A DNA stretch of 63,367 nt, filler included, from Octopus bimaculoides (GCF_001194135.2; 6 parts of 5 records of this genome joined end to end with filler, not necessarily neighbours in it); one strand, 5' to 3'; counted from the whole stretch's first letter, positions 23,969-36,702 are shown. The notes: generated by a model from the sequence alone, not told the origin. Made by a program: numbers and translations.

Positions 23969-24150
23969 GCATATGTCAGCATAGGACGTCATGAAACGCG
24001 TAAAACAAAAAAAGTACGAAGCACGAGTACATGGAACGAACTATTATTCTTTCCAACAACGAAAGACACAAATGGAAAACAAAACAGACAACACAAAGAA
24101 CGACCATTCATCAGTTGTTGGGTGTTTTTCTAGTCTCGTATTTCGAGCAT
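23969..24150 (-). mobile_element. Family D repeat, copy 3 (apparently full length, (AT)n on both sides)
   Basis: It joins the halves seen at 22455 and 20632 into one unit of about 180 bp. Confidence 0.8.
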
Positions 24151-26044
24151 ATATATATATGNNNNNNNNNNNNNNNNNNNNNNNNNNNNNNNNNNNNNNN
24201 NNNNNTTAATTAATTAANNNNNNNNNNNNNNNNNNNNNNNNNNNNNNNNNNNNNNNNNNNNTATATATATATATATATGCATATATATATATATATATGC
24301 ATATATATATATATATATTTATATGCATATATATATATATATATTTATATGCACATATAAATATGCATATATATATATGCATGTGTGTGTGTGTCTGTCT
24401 GTTTGTCTGTGTGTACAAGCACTGACGAATAGCGGTATATCAAATGACATAGATATATGATTTATTGAAATTAACTTCTTCTCCAGAGAGGAGTAAACCA
24501 ATACCACGTGGTAATTACAAGCAATTCTAAACATGAAGAGGAGTTAATCGCAAAACGTACATTATGCTATTAAAAAGGAAAATACAATTTGACTTTCTGA
24601 ACAGAAGAGGACAACTGTTGCTACGTGTTTATGCTAAATAGGCATCCTCATAAGAAGTTGCTCTTTCTTGTCTCTGGCTGACGATATACTTAAAAATGCA
24701 TACAAAGAAAGAAAAATGTCTTTAGCCTAATGCAATTCGCTTAATGTAAATGAAACTGCGCAAAGAAACAAAGAAAAATACTGAGGCCTCTGGCATGTAT
24801 ATAGAAAATAATGATGATTAACGTTATATCAAATATCATATGTGATACAGTTTTTGATTTATGAAAATTATCTTCACTTCGCGGAAGAGAAAAGCAAATG
24901 ATTGCCTTGACAGCAATCGCACTTACTTCAAATAAATTGCTGCACTGATGACGCAGAAACAGAGAGAGTCTTTAGCTATTTTCTTTTCTCCAGACAGTCT
25001 GTCTTGTTTTTAGTGACATAAATTTCGGGGAATACTTTGTTTTAAAGATTATCTCCTCTACACACAATGACCGCAAGGTATTTGTTTGCTCATCATCCGA
25101 ATGGAAGAAAATTTTAATTAACCAAGAATTGATCTTGTGTTATTATTTCATTGTCGTATTTTCATCTTTATTCGTGCCACAGGCCACTCTAAGCTGGTCT
25201 TTAAGAATACATTATATATATAGATAGGTAGATAGATATGTGCGTGTAATGTGGGCATGCGCATGTACACGCGCGTGTATGTACACACACACAAACACAT
25301 ATACATACGTTTGTTTATATATATATATATACAAGCTCACTATGATTCAAATAAACAGATAAAACCTTTGGTTTTAATGTACATATATATATAGTACATA
25401 CATATATACACATACACACGCGCACACACGCGCACACACANNNNNNNNNNNNNNNNNNNNNNNNNNNNNNNNNNNNNNNNNNNNNNNNNNNNNNNNNNNN
25501 NNNNNNNNNNNNNNNNNNNNNNNNNNNNNNNNNNNNNNNNNNNNNNNNNNNNNNNNNNNNNNNNNNNNNNNNNNNNNNNNNNNNNNNNNNNNNNNNNNNN
25601 NNNNNNNNNNNNNNNNNNNNNNNNNNNNNNNNNNNNNNNNNNNNNNNNNNNNNNNNNNNNNNNNNNNNNNNNNNNNNNNNNNNNNNNNNNNNNNNNNNNN
25701 NNNNNNNNNNNNNNNNNNNNNNNNNNNNNNNNNNNNNNNNNNNNNNNNNNNNNNNNNNNNNNNNNNNNNNNNNNNNNNNNNNNNNNNNNNNNNNNNNNNN
25801 NNNNNNNNNNNNNNNNNNNNNNNNNNNNNNNNNNNNNNNNNNNNNNNNNNNNNNNNNNNNNNNNNNNNATGAGTGGATAGATATGAGTCTAACCTACATC
25901 TCCATATCTGCTCATTTGCTTCCCCTTATAGCCACTCTTTTCTCTGCTGATTTTGTTCTCGGTGAAGATAAGGAAGTGTAAATTTAAATCATATGAACGC
26001 TGCAAAGTGTTTTCTATATTGAGATTCCCTACATCTCATCAGTT

Positions 26045-26084
<40 letters not shown>

Positions 26085-26730
26085 TTCTCTCTCTATCTCT
26101 CTCTCCACCCTCTCTCTCTCTCTCTCTGTTGTAGGGAGAGTACGACACTCTCAGAAGAAAAGACGGGACACGAAATTATTTTTCCCACTAGAGTACCGGA
26201 CCCCAGTTATTAACTCTTTTGCATACAGCCAATCAGAGCTCAACTACAAAACTAGTGTCCACCTATTGACGAAAATACTCCGGTTGAGTTCAATGGAAAA
26301 TGTGCGTTATAGCAAAATCAAACTGTTCTAAACGGGTTGATAGGGGTACAAATGTGAAATTGAGTTTATAAAGTGAATGCAAAGCTGCTCACCGATGATG
26401 CCATAAGTGTTTCTAATTTGCGTAATTTACTAGAAAATGTAAATGAGTGTGGTTTCCTAATTTTTTGACTGATTTTGTACATTCCTAATTTAAATTGTTG
26501 GTGTTGATCTGAGAACATCGTAATCAACATGGCGTTGTATCATATTACGCCCTCCTTGCATATATCAATGGGTACATGCAGTATCACTAATCTCAGGTAC
26601 CTAATGTTAGCTCCATATAGAGATAGTGCTCCATTGATCTATAAGGATGGGGAACGGGAATGTGGTGCTTATGTGGGAGATGCTACGCTGTACTCACAGA
26701 ATGGCACATACCATCCTATGCCTGACTGGC

Positions 26731-29637
26731 TGTACTGTAGCAGTACACAGTATGTGGATTTTCAAGGTGAGCTCTGATTGGGTGCATGCAAATGAGTTCA
26801 TTACTGGGGGGCCGGAACTCAAGTGGGAAAAAAAATTTTCGCAGATGAAACCGCTACATATAAATAACATCGATCTGATATAGTCGGCAGTTCATAGTTT
26901 GGTCTTCGAAGTCCAGGTACAGTTTCCAGTTCGAGTTAGTGTGTTGGAAATATTGATTGTTAGTTCTTAAAAGATTGTTGGCTCGTTACGTGTTTGTTAC
27001 AGCTGCTGTTTCTATTTTGTGTAGTTATAACACTGTTACAGTCTATTCTCTATCTATCATCAACAATATCAACCGTACTACGATATTGAAGACATAAGGA
27101 TATAACATCTGGAAACGAGGATTTTTCAAAGTTCATATAGATTATTTGAGAGATCCTGCATCAGACAAATTGTCAAATTATGGAGAACTTTTTAGCTGCA
27201 GTAATACAGTTTCAAGAGAAGCAACAGGAACAACTACAGGAGTTGCAGAAGCAAATATTACAAAAACAACAGTTAATTGAGTTACAATCAAAGAAGTCCG
27301 AAATTCGATAAGTTAATTTACGTTTCCTTCTTATAGTACGTTTCCTGCGTACTATAAGAAGGTTCGAGGAAATTTTCAACAAAGATTGCAAGTTATGGTC
27401 GGATGAGGAGAAAGTGAGGCTGTTACTACACAAGGTAGCTCCGGCCGAGCATGAATGCTACTGTAACTTTATATTGCCCAAAAAGTTGAGTGAGATTTGT
27501 TTCCAAGAAACTATTGAATTACTCTCAAAGATCTTTTGTGACAAAAGTTCGTTATTTAACACTCAAATGGAGTATTGGAACTTAACAATGATGACTTTAT
27601 TACATATGCCGAAGTAGTCAACCGTATGTGTGAAATCTCTATATTTCAGGAACTCACCCAGGATATGTTTAATTCCCTTGTCTTCGTACAAGGTTTTACG
27701 CAACCGAAGATAGAAAAGTTTGGGCAAGGATTCTCTTAAAAATGGAGCAACCGAACCAAGACTTAAACCTACAGACCATTGCAGAGGAATGTCAAACAAT
27801 GGTAAACCTGAAGCACAACGTGGAAAAAATTTAAGAGAAAGATTCCGAAAAAATACAGATTTGTCGACTCGGAAAATACAACCAAAAAAGAGTGCCAGGC
27901 CCCAATCCATGTTACGGATGTGGAGGTCTACACTTCAGAAAAAAGTTTCCGTTTAAAAACTGAAAATACTATAATTGTCAGAAACTTGGTCACAAAAGTT
28001 CACACTGCAGAACAAGATTACTAGGGTCGAACACAATAAGTTGTAAGGTGGTTTCAGCAGAAAGTGAATACGACACAAATACAAGATAATTCGTACACGT
28101 AAAAAAAATGATGTAAATATTAAGCTACAGTTGAATACGGGTAGTGATATTTCAATCACAAATGCAGATACATAGAGAAAAATCGGGGAACCGAAGTTAC
28201 GTAAAACCGCGAAAATTGCACGTGGCGTGACGGGAGATAAATTACATTTCATTGACGAAATGTGTACAGACGTCAGATTTCGAGGAGAAACGTGTGAAGC
28301 AAAAATATTCATTGTGAAGAATACAATCAATCTGTTGGGTAAAGATTGGTTGGAGGTATTTTTGATTTATGGTATTTCCCCATAAGTCTCTACTACAAAA
28401 ACATAAATGATTGTCCCGTTAAAAATAAATCGTCTGAGGAATCGAAAATAAAATTGAAAAAGATGCTCAAAATATCTGACAATAAATACACATAGATGAT
28501 TGTACAAATATACCCGGTTGCCTTTTGGATTAAAGGTTGCACTGGTAATATTTCATCAAATCATGGATGTTATATAATCTATTCAGCACAGAGTGGATAG
28601 AACTAGTCAAAGTATAGAATACGCCGATAAGCGTTCTGTGTGGAAATATTGTTCGTTCAGTCACAGGTTCAAATGAATCTGAATGACTGAAACAAAAAAT
28701 TGCAATAAAACAGAGATGAACATCTCTATGTAAACCAAAACGAAATTGAAAAATTAAGTAAACACTGTTCAAAAGTAGATGTTCATGGTCGAGACTACAT
28801 ATCGATTTCGCTGGTCTTTTAAATAGTTCTTACTACTTAGTGGTAGATGATAGTTTTTCGAAATGGCCTGAAATTCGCAAGTGTAAAAAATCAATCTCTT
28901 CAAGCGTGATAAATTTTTAACACGAATTGTTTGCTAGATTTGGCATCTCAGACAAGATAGTGTCTGACAATGGAATGCAATTTGTGTCTGTTGAATTTTA
29001 AATATTTTTGAAACGTTCACGGTAGAACATATAACTCCGGCACCATACCATACCATGATCTAATGGACAGGCAGAACGCTTTGTTGATACTTTCAAAAGA
29101 GCACTTAGAAAATCGAATAAAGAAGTCACAGAGGAGGTAGCTCTACAACAATTTTTAAGAATCTACCGAGTGACACCAAACTCAAATACACCAGCAGGTC
29201 GCTGTAAAATCAGTCTTTGATAAATTGCTACCTGGCAAGAAAAGAAAAAATGCCAGGAAAGACAAGACGTAGCAAGATTCTTTAAAGTTGGTGAAAAGGT
29301 ATGTATGAGGGCATACAAGAATGGAAAGCAGAGTTGGTAAGATGGCGTAATTACCAAATGCATAGGTAAAATGACGTATTGGATAAAAGAGAGAAAAGGC
29401 ATTCGAAAGAGACACGGGAACCAACGGAAAAAAGATTCGTGGAAAGCGAACCAAAGGAGTTGGAGGAACCGATGGAATGGTGGTATGATACGTTCCAAGC
29501 ACCGACGCCACTGCAGGTGATTGAACTCAGGCGTGCATGTGAGAGAAAAAGAAAATATACAGAATTCCTGAAAATAGATGCCAAACGAAACAAATATTGA
29601 ATTGTACGAAAAAATAAAAACTCAAAAAAGGGAGGTA
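26731..29637 (+). mobile_element. Decayed Ty3/Gypsy (Mag-like) LTR retrotransposon, internally deleted, no 3' LTR
   Basis: The putative 5' LTR ends ...ataaca at 27107 (its start is uncertain). PBS-like tggaaacgagg at 27110-27120. Gag from ATG 27180 (WSDEEKVRLLLHKV...EHECYCNFILPK). Tandem degenerate zinc knuckles CYGCGGLH../NCQKLGHKSSHC at 27910-28008. Protease LNTGSD at 28131. RT remnant YTRLPFGLKVA at 28509. Integrase WSRLHIDFAG (28786), IVSDNG (28957), SNGQAERFV (29059). PPT aaaaaagggagg at 29624-29635. Confidence 0.93.
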
Positions 29638-29706
29638 GGGTGAATTTTAAAAAATATTGCTAAATAAAATGACACTTCCTAAGAAAAACTTAAAATGCGA
29701 GATGTT

Positions 29707-29838
29707 GTAGGTACTTATTTTATCGACCTCGAAAGCATGAAAATCAAAGTAGTTCGCAGCAGAATTTGAACTCAAAACGGGACAAAATGCAACTAAACAT
29801 TTTGCCCCACATGCTAACGATTTCACCAGCTTGCCATA
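29707..29838 (-). mobile_element. SINE family B
   Basis: ggtacttattttatcgacctcgaaag...atttgaactc...atgctaacgatttcaccagcttgcc is the reverse complement of the family B consensus. Confidence 0.8.
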
Positions 29839-31019
29839 ATTTTTTTTTATTTATTTACAAATATTAAGAAAATATAAATTTTTTATTTACTAATATTAAA
29901 CACTTGAGCACGTCAGCTGAGATATAGAGAACTCATTCATGTGTAGAATAAATTGTTATGTGCATTAGCTATGTGTGTGCATTCATCTGTTTTTGCAGCT
30001 TGATGTTAATATAATGTTAATGTTTACGTGAAAGAGAGAAGCCAGAGAAAGAAAGTGGGAACAAGTGGGAGAGGCAAATAGTAACATCTGACAGGATAAG
30101 CAAAACTGACTCTAACCAGCCAAATGGCTGAGAATGTCTCTGTGCACTAATATGGCACAAGGTTTGCAGACAACATAGTCTTTTAATTTTGACCAAGATT
30201 GCCATCAAGGTGTAATATAGTATAAAAGATAAGGGAACAAAACCCTTTCTTCCAGCAGTATACTCTTTTTGTGTATGAATTTTATGATGGTTTTAGTATT
30301 TTTTAAATGTTTACTTCTACCTAAAGATGAAGCAAATACGAACTACATAAAGCGGAGCTACATATCAGAAGAACAAGTGAGAAAAGGATGAATTACTAAA
30401 GCAAAATGAAGAACCATTACTGAAGTAAGTTGCCGGAAATGGAAATAAACTTGGAACTCCACAATAAAAAGATGATGCAATATATTTGTAAATGTGAAAG
30501 ATGTTAATCAAGATTCTGACAAACTTTTGGGTTGCTCAAAGCGATAATAGGGTCCATCAGAACCTTTGGTATCATCAAACTCTTCGCAATGATTCAGGTG
30601 AAAAGGAAGACAATTCGAATCGTTTCATCATCTATTTCAGGTGACAAACATAAAGATGGCTCTGTTCATAATACGAAGAAAAACGATTTAGGCAAAACCT
30701 CAGCAGAAGAAATTGACAGATACAAGTTTACGGCTAGAAATTATAAATGATGATCCATTTATGATCTTAGTCTACCAAAGTAGCTCTATTGTTCAGCATC
30801 TGTATAGAGATTTTTCTGAGGTGAAATTGACAAGAAATGATAGCACTTTGCTTAAAAACTGTAACAGAGAAATTAGAAAGATGTCTCGTGATTTTATAGA
30901 ATGAAGAAAACTTGATTAGGACTCGGAAGATTTATTTTCCTTCTAATAATTCAATGCAATATTTTGTTGATTGTAATTTGCATAATGAAGTAAATCCCGT
31001 TTCACTTCTGATAATGAGT

Positions 31020-31572
31020 TGATCAGCTATTGGCGGTTCAATCCCCAAAATCAAAGAGCAGGAACCAAGTCAAGTACGTTGCATGGTGTTTGCACAACAG
31101 ATAGAAATTGAAGTCAGAGTTTACCAAAGGGAAACAACTCACAAGAAAGAGTGAACGATTATCAAAGAGAAGATAAGAAAGCAGAAAGACATTCTTGTGT
31201 CACTCATTTTAATCAAAGGAGGTGTTCTTTCAAGACAGAGATCATATTTTGAACTGAACTCCACTGCCACCCACAAATTCTCTCTGGTTTTGGAATCATT
31301 ACGTCCAGTTTAAGTTTTATTCTCTAGTCTTTCATGATGTCTCTTAAGGCCCAATTTTGTTTTACCAGAAATTTGATAGTATCTGCTAATCTCATAAGAA
31401 TGTTTCCCTGCTTTCATATTTCCTCTTTGATAACTGTCCGCTCTTTCTTGTCAATTGTTTCCGTTTAGTAGATTCTGACTTCAATTTCTGTCCGTTGAGC
31501 AAGCACCGTGCAATCTACCTGACTTAGTTCATGCTCTTTGAATTTGGGGATTGGATTTCCAATAGCTGATCA
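31020..31572. mobile_element. Long-TIR foldback element (180-bp arms, about 190-bp spacer)
   Basis: 31020-31199 and the reverse complement of 31393-31572 align without gaps. My hand count is 32 mismatches in 180, mostly transitions. No clear TSD. Confidence 0.85.
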
Positions 31573-31934
31573 CAATATGCTTCCTTACACTCTTGTAGCT
31601 TTCAAATGGTGTCAGCCCATCAAAATGTAAACAGACAAGCATACACACATATCGTTACTAGTTAATGCCTGTTTTGGCTCTCTATTTCTATGTATATTGC
31701 TAGCACGGCAGTTGCTACTATTTTCAGCTGTTTGGTGTCTACCATTGATAAGGTCAAATCAGGCTGAAATCAGGTAATTTGATAGTCCAAGCAGCAGATA
31801 TAGTAGTGGTTGCCTGCTGCTGGTGTTTATATACCAAATAACCATATGAGAGTTATCTCTTTTGGTAAATATCGCAGTATTTATGTGTTCTAATGCAACA
31901 TCTACTTTTAAGTAGGGATTATTTTACCTGTTAT

Positions 31935-31987
<53 letters not shown>

Positions 31988-31988
<1 letters not shown>

Positions 31989-32045
31989 GGTGTGATGGGT
32001 AAATTGTCTCCATTTTATGATTTTAATTTCGTGCATGAACATTGT
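31988..32045. mobile_element. Tc1/mariner-like terminal fragment
   Basis: ggtgtgatgggtaaattgtctccattttat resembles CAGGGTG-type TIR ends and abuts (TAGA)n. No partner end was found. Confidence 0.35.
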
Positions 32046-32069
32046 TTTTGATTTTGTCGACTACATTTT

Positions 32070-33358
32070 GCTTCATTTGAGATTGGCATGTATCTCTGGC
32101 CTTTTCAAACTCATTGTGTTTTGTAGCATTATTTCTATTTGACATACATTGACAGTGGTACTTGTGCATATTGTCCAAAAGAGGAGAGATGTTTTGATCA
32201 TTTGAGTCGAACTAATCTTAGTGCTTCTTCTTAACATACCTAAATGTTTCACAAGATGACTCAAATACAGCATTTCTAAAAGCAGACCACGCTGATTCAA
32301 TATATGCGTTGTCTGAGGTGCAAACAAATTTGTTGTCACAGGTTGTTTGAAATGAGGTTAAATTGTCATTGTTTCTCAGCTTTGTCACATCCACTTTTGA
32401 ATTGGTTGAAAGTGACTGCTATGAATAGGATTACGGATAGTAAAATTCACCTTTGATCGTATCAGTCTATGGTCAGATTAACACTCACCAATGGAGAAAG
32501 AAGGTGTTACTCGGACATCTTCCCTCATGGAAGACCTCACAATTATGTAATCAATGAGGCGATAACGGTTTGTGGTGGTTGAGGATCTGGAAAATATTAT
32601 TGGTAATCAAAATTCCATACTCACTGCTAAATGATAGCAGCAGATGGCCGCTTGATTTAGCCTTGTCAACACCATGCTTTCCGATTTCTTCACCCTTTTT
32701 GGATGTATCACAACCTACGCGTGTATTGAAATCACCAAGGCGAAGTAAATTTATTCTGGATGGAGATACCTCTCAATTGGCTACGTAACTCAGAGTACAA
32801 CTGTTTTTTGACTACATTTGAGTTCATGGTTGGAGCATAACAGCTGAAAATAGATGCATATTTATTGTACCAATGCAAATACGCAATGACATGAGTCTTT
32901 CACTAATGGCAACAGGCAGATTCAAGTTGTTTCACCAGGTCGTTCCGAATAGTAAACCCAACACCCATCTCTATCTTTACTTCCTGAGGTTTACCCATCC
33001 AGAAAAAAAGTGTATCCACCATCAACTTCCTGTAGCTGACCATAGTGCGTTAATCTGATTTCTGAAAGAACTATTCAATGATTTTTCCTTCCGGACACGG
33101 GCAACCAAAGCGGTCCTACGTCCTATATTTTTCTAGCTAGCCTGAAGAGTCCTCATATTCCAAGATGCAATAAAGAAGTTTTTTTTTTTTCGAATTGCTT
33201 ATTTTTGTGGTGCAGGTTTGGGTGCGCAGTCATTTGTACATAATGACAAAGAGAAATGCGAGTAAGTAATTTTGGGGTCGCATTTTCTGCATCCTCCTCC
33301 ATAGGAGCAATGCAATGTCGTCCTAAATAGGACTGCTTTGTTGTGACAGGTAGTCGCA
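32070..33358 (-). mobile_element. RTE/BovB-like LINE: 5' UTR + APE endonuclease + linker, RT absent
   Basis: Minus translation gives ASWNMRTL (33147-33168), GYTFFWMGKP..GVGF, ISERLMSLR, YAPT, LGDFNTRVG (32713-32739), LIDYIIVR, SDHRL (32463-32477) and KKKH*D*FDSND. The UTR contains gcagtcc. Confidence 0.9.
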
Positions 33359-33614
33359 AATTATGTAATTACCCTACGATCTACCTTCTATCATCTATGT
33401 GCAAATTTCAATCAAAGAACTTCCAGTGACATCCTTCACCTGTTCCTGTCGCTTTCCCTTCATCGACAAAGATGTTTTAGTGGTAGTGGGAGACATGCAG
33501 TACAATGCACATCAATAATGCAGTATGCCACGTGTCAGATGCTAAATCGATCGCAAATTTGACAACATAGTGGCCTTCATCTAATCTAGTTGCTGAAAAG
33601 CTACAGAGCCCAGA

Positions 33615-33725
33615 CTACCTATGAGTAAGTAGATGCTGACAGTGCACATCAACTAAGGGGACAGTCAGAGCTTTCCTTCTCCTAGATTGGTTGCCTTCAA
33701 CATGGCTAAGGAGCCCCATCTGCCC
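33615..33725 (-). mobile_element. RTE-type 5' UTR fragment
   Basis: The reverse complement aggcaaccaatctaggagaaggaaagctctga resembles RTE-clade 5' UTRs. Recognised from memory. Confidence 0.5.
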
Positions 33726-33927
33726 CATACATATATNNNNNNNNNNNNNNNNNNNNNNNNNNNNNNNNNNNNNNNNNNNNNNNNNNNNNNNNNNNNNNNN
33801 NNNNNNNNNNNNNNNNNNNNNNNNNNNNNNNNNNNNNNNNNNNNNNNNNNNNNNNNNNNNNNNNNNNNNNNNNNNNNNNNNNNNNNNNNNNNNNNNNNNN
33901 NNNNNNNNNNNNNNNNNNNNNNNNNNN

Positions 33928-33959
<32 letters not shown>

Positions 33960-34411
33960 GAACTTTTGCCGATCCTTTAAGTTACTTCCGAGACCAGTGA
34001 GTGATTAGTCACTGTTTTTCCATATCAGTAAAAGCAAAATAGGTTACCACGTGATAATAAACACCTACTGTTGATGACGCGAAGACACGCGGAAATCACA
34101 ATATCTGACAGTTTCACTTCAGTACTGGACATATTTCGCCTTCTGTGGATATTTATTTGCTTTTTAACACAATACGTCTATAAAAGATATTATCTCAAAG
34201 TGAATAATACCACAGTATCATTGCGTTTTTACAGTACATCCACATCAAGCAGGATATACAGATTGCTACTCGGTACTAATATACTACTGCTCTCGCTAAT
34301 TAGTAGCATACACACGCACTTACACATATATGCATACACGTATGTGCGATTGTGTGTGCATAGATATGTTTTGTGTGTGTGTATGTGTGTGTGCATATAT
34401 ATATATATATA

Positions 34412-34516
34412 CAGGGTGATTCAAAAGTACCCATACATAGGAAAAGTTATTCTTATAAGCTGCTTCTTGTAAAAAGATAAATTGCTCCTATTTATGGCTA
34501 CTTTTGAATCACCCTG
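34412..34516. mobile_element. 105-bp Tc1/mariner MITE with TA target site duplication
   Basis: ta|cagggtgattcaaaagtacccatacatagga ... tcctatttatggctacttttgaatcaccctg|ta, giving 30-bp TIRs with 2 mismatches. Confidence 0.92.
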
Positions 34517-34540
34517 TAGATATATTTATATTTATATTGT

Positions 34541-34838
34541 GAAGCCGCATGGGTTAGTGGTTAAGGTGTTGCACTCACGATTGCGAGATCGTGGGTTCGA
34601 TTCCCAGATCGGGCATTGCGTTGTGTTCTTGAACAAAGCACTTCATTTTATGTTGCTCTGCGATCATTTCGACATCTGACATGAGGCACCCGTTGCACCT
34701 GTGCAGGTAATGTCAATCTGATGGAGAGAGTGAGCTTATGACTAAACAAACGTTTGATCACTATAAACAAATCATCTCTGTGATTATTCAGTAAGAAATT
34801 TTCGAACTGTCATACGTAGTCTAACGGCCGGAGAGTCC
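34541..34838 (+). mobile_element. SINE family C (tRNA head + CORE-like domain)
   Basis: A box tgggttagtggtt, B box gggttcgattccc (34593-34605), then ttgtgttcttgaacaaagcactt, which resembles the CORE motif tgtgaccttgggcaagtcactt. Confidence 0.8.
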
Positions 34839-35379
34839 ATCATATATATGCATGTTTGTGTATGTATATATATTTGTATGCATGTGTGCATTTAGAAATT
34901 AAATCAGAATTGCATTACTTGAGGTTTCTCACATCTAAGAAAAATCCCTCAAATACGTGTTTCTTGAGTAACAAGGCTTCCCTGATTTCTAGTAACCCTA
35001 GGTGGCATTGACTGTTGGTTACATCTGGATCAGTCCATATGTTTGTTTGCCAGTTGTTGACTAGTTACTTCTATCGAATAATTCTGAGTATAGCTTTTGT
35101 TAGCTAGAGGTGGATAACTTGGTTAATAGATTGTTGGACGGTTTAGATTAGAGGTTTTACTATTAAGAGTAAATTTTATGGAGTATTATAAACGGTTCTT
35201 ACACGGTCGAGAAAATTCAATAGAAGACGTTAATAAGTAATAGCTTCCGTTCTTCGTAAGTGCGATATACTCCAGATCTTGAGTAAAGAAATGCAGTGCA
35301 CACTTTGTATACTTATGCAATATTTTTGACATTGAAAGTTTGAATGTTTACGATGTTACCGACATCCACACTTAACGAG

Positions 35380-36530
35380 TTAATGTGGAATGTGTTGTAG
35401 AGATGATTTCATTTTATATTGGGTGATTGCTTAATTCTGGAAATTTCAGAGACAGGGCAGAGAAACATATTTACTTATGCTTGGATGAAGATATTTATTG
35501 ATTAAACCTTCCTTTGCAGTCATTAGCGGTAAGTCCTGCACCATCAGGTGGTGGTGATATTCGCTTTATAGGTCACAGCCTCGAAGAAGCGGAATCCTCT
35601 CAATAGGCAACTGGTTTAATTTAAGCAGTTGCATATGACTGCATTGTGCAATATTGAATACAATATTTTTAAGACAGCAGTAACGTACCTTAGAATTGAG
35701 CGCATTAAAAAGTTTATGGCATTTATGTGTGCTTGGAAAATGTTGCCTAATTTTGGATGCAAAGTTCCAAGCTAAATTTGTGGAGGATTGTACCAGATCA
35801 TTTTCACTTCTTATCAAGCTTCGAAGATTGGGAGATCATACATATACACTAATTTCTCTTTAAAGCAAATACTCGCTAATACCTAATTAGTGCAGCTCTA
35901 TCAAAAATATCTCCATTTGAAAATGAGTAAAGATTCCTAATTATAACGTGTTTAAGATTCCTTTGAATACATACACTCTGCTCATTGGTCTCTTATAATT
36001 GCTTGTCAGGATTAATGTCCAAGAAGTTGTGTTTAGAGAGGTGGAGATGGTTATGTTTAACCTAACATTTATCCATTGCGTGACTGTTCAAGATGATAAT
36101 AATTAATTGCCTCTATGTAAGGCCGGACTGTGGGGTGATACACGGCTTTTAAAGTTATCCAGGATAAGTAATCCAAAGGAAACTCAATCTGCTGTAAAAT
36201 CTAATCGAGTCATCGAATATCCCATCACCTTCGTTTTGGTCCAGTAGGTGATCTCATGGAATAAAAGTGACTTTGTAGACTTATTTTATTGCCAGGGATA
36301 CCAATAAGTGTGTATTGGTTCCTAGGTCAAAGGTTTCAGAAGGAGGGACCCGATATACAAAGTTTAACACCCACAATATCGAACTGGGTAAATTTGCAGA
36401 CTGCTTTATTCTTGATTCCTCAGAACTAACCGATAGCATAAACACTGCAGCTGTATTGGACCAATATATTCTGATATCAGAATTAACAGTAACTGAAAAT
36501 CTTGTAAGAACAAACTTGAAAACCACAGTC
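35380..36530 (-). mobile_element. Decayed Penelope-like element ORF (RT + GIY-YIG)
   Basis: Minus translation across frames gives WSNTAAV, KFTQFDIV (36372-36395), GLLILDNFK..ALHRG (the LYRDD region), DIFDRAA, MIWYNPP (35772-35807), KIRQHFPSTHKCHKLFNALNSKVRYCCLKNI, then CLLRG..EAVTYKANITT and GLTANDCKGRFNQ (GIY-YIG: YIGxT..FK.R..H). Confidence 0.85.
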
Positions 36531-36702
36531 AGTATTCAATATTTCCATATCCAATAAATAAATGATATATTGCATTATACACACATGTATGTGTGCATGT
36601 GTATACATATATGTATATATGTGTGTGCGTGTATTTATGTATGTATGTGTGTATGTGCGTATGTACGTGCGTATGTATGTATGTATGTATTATGTACATA
36701 TA

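Noticed and set aside
24945-24975. CTGATGA-cgca-GAAA-c-agagaga-GTC, a perfect-looking hammerhead core
   Set aside because: The 4 nt between the boxes cannot form stem II, and the flanks do not form stem I. Probably chance.
26226-26250. CCAAT box plus aactacaa motif after (CT)n; a similar double CCAAT-like site at about 52657-52677; CRE palindrome TGACGTCA at 51754-51761
   Set aside because: These are short motifs expected by chance in 63 kb, and no linked gene or TSS evidence exists.
30300-30950. Purine-rich stretch that looks like decayed coding sequence
   Set aside because: No recognisable motif in any frame, so no call can be supported.
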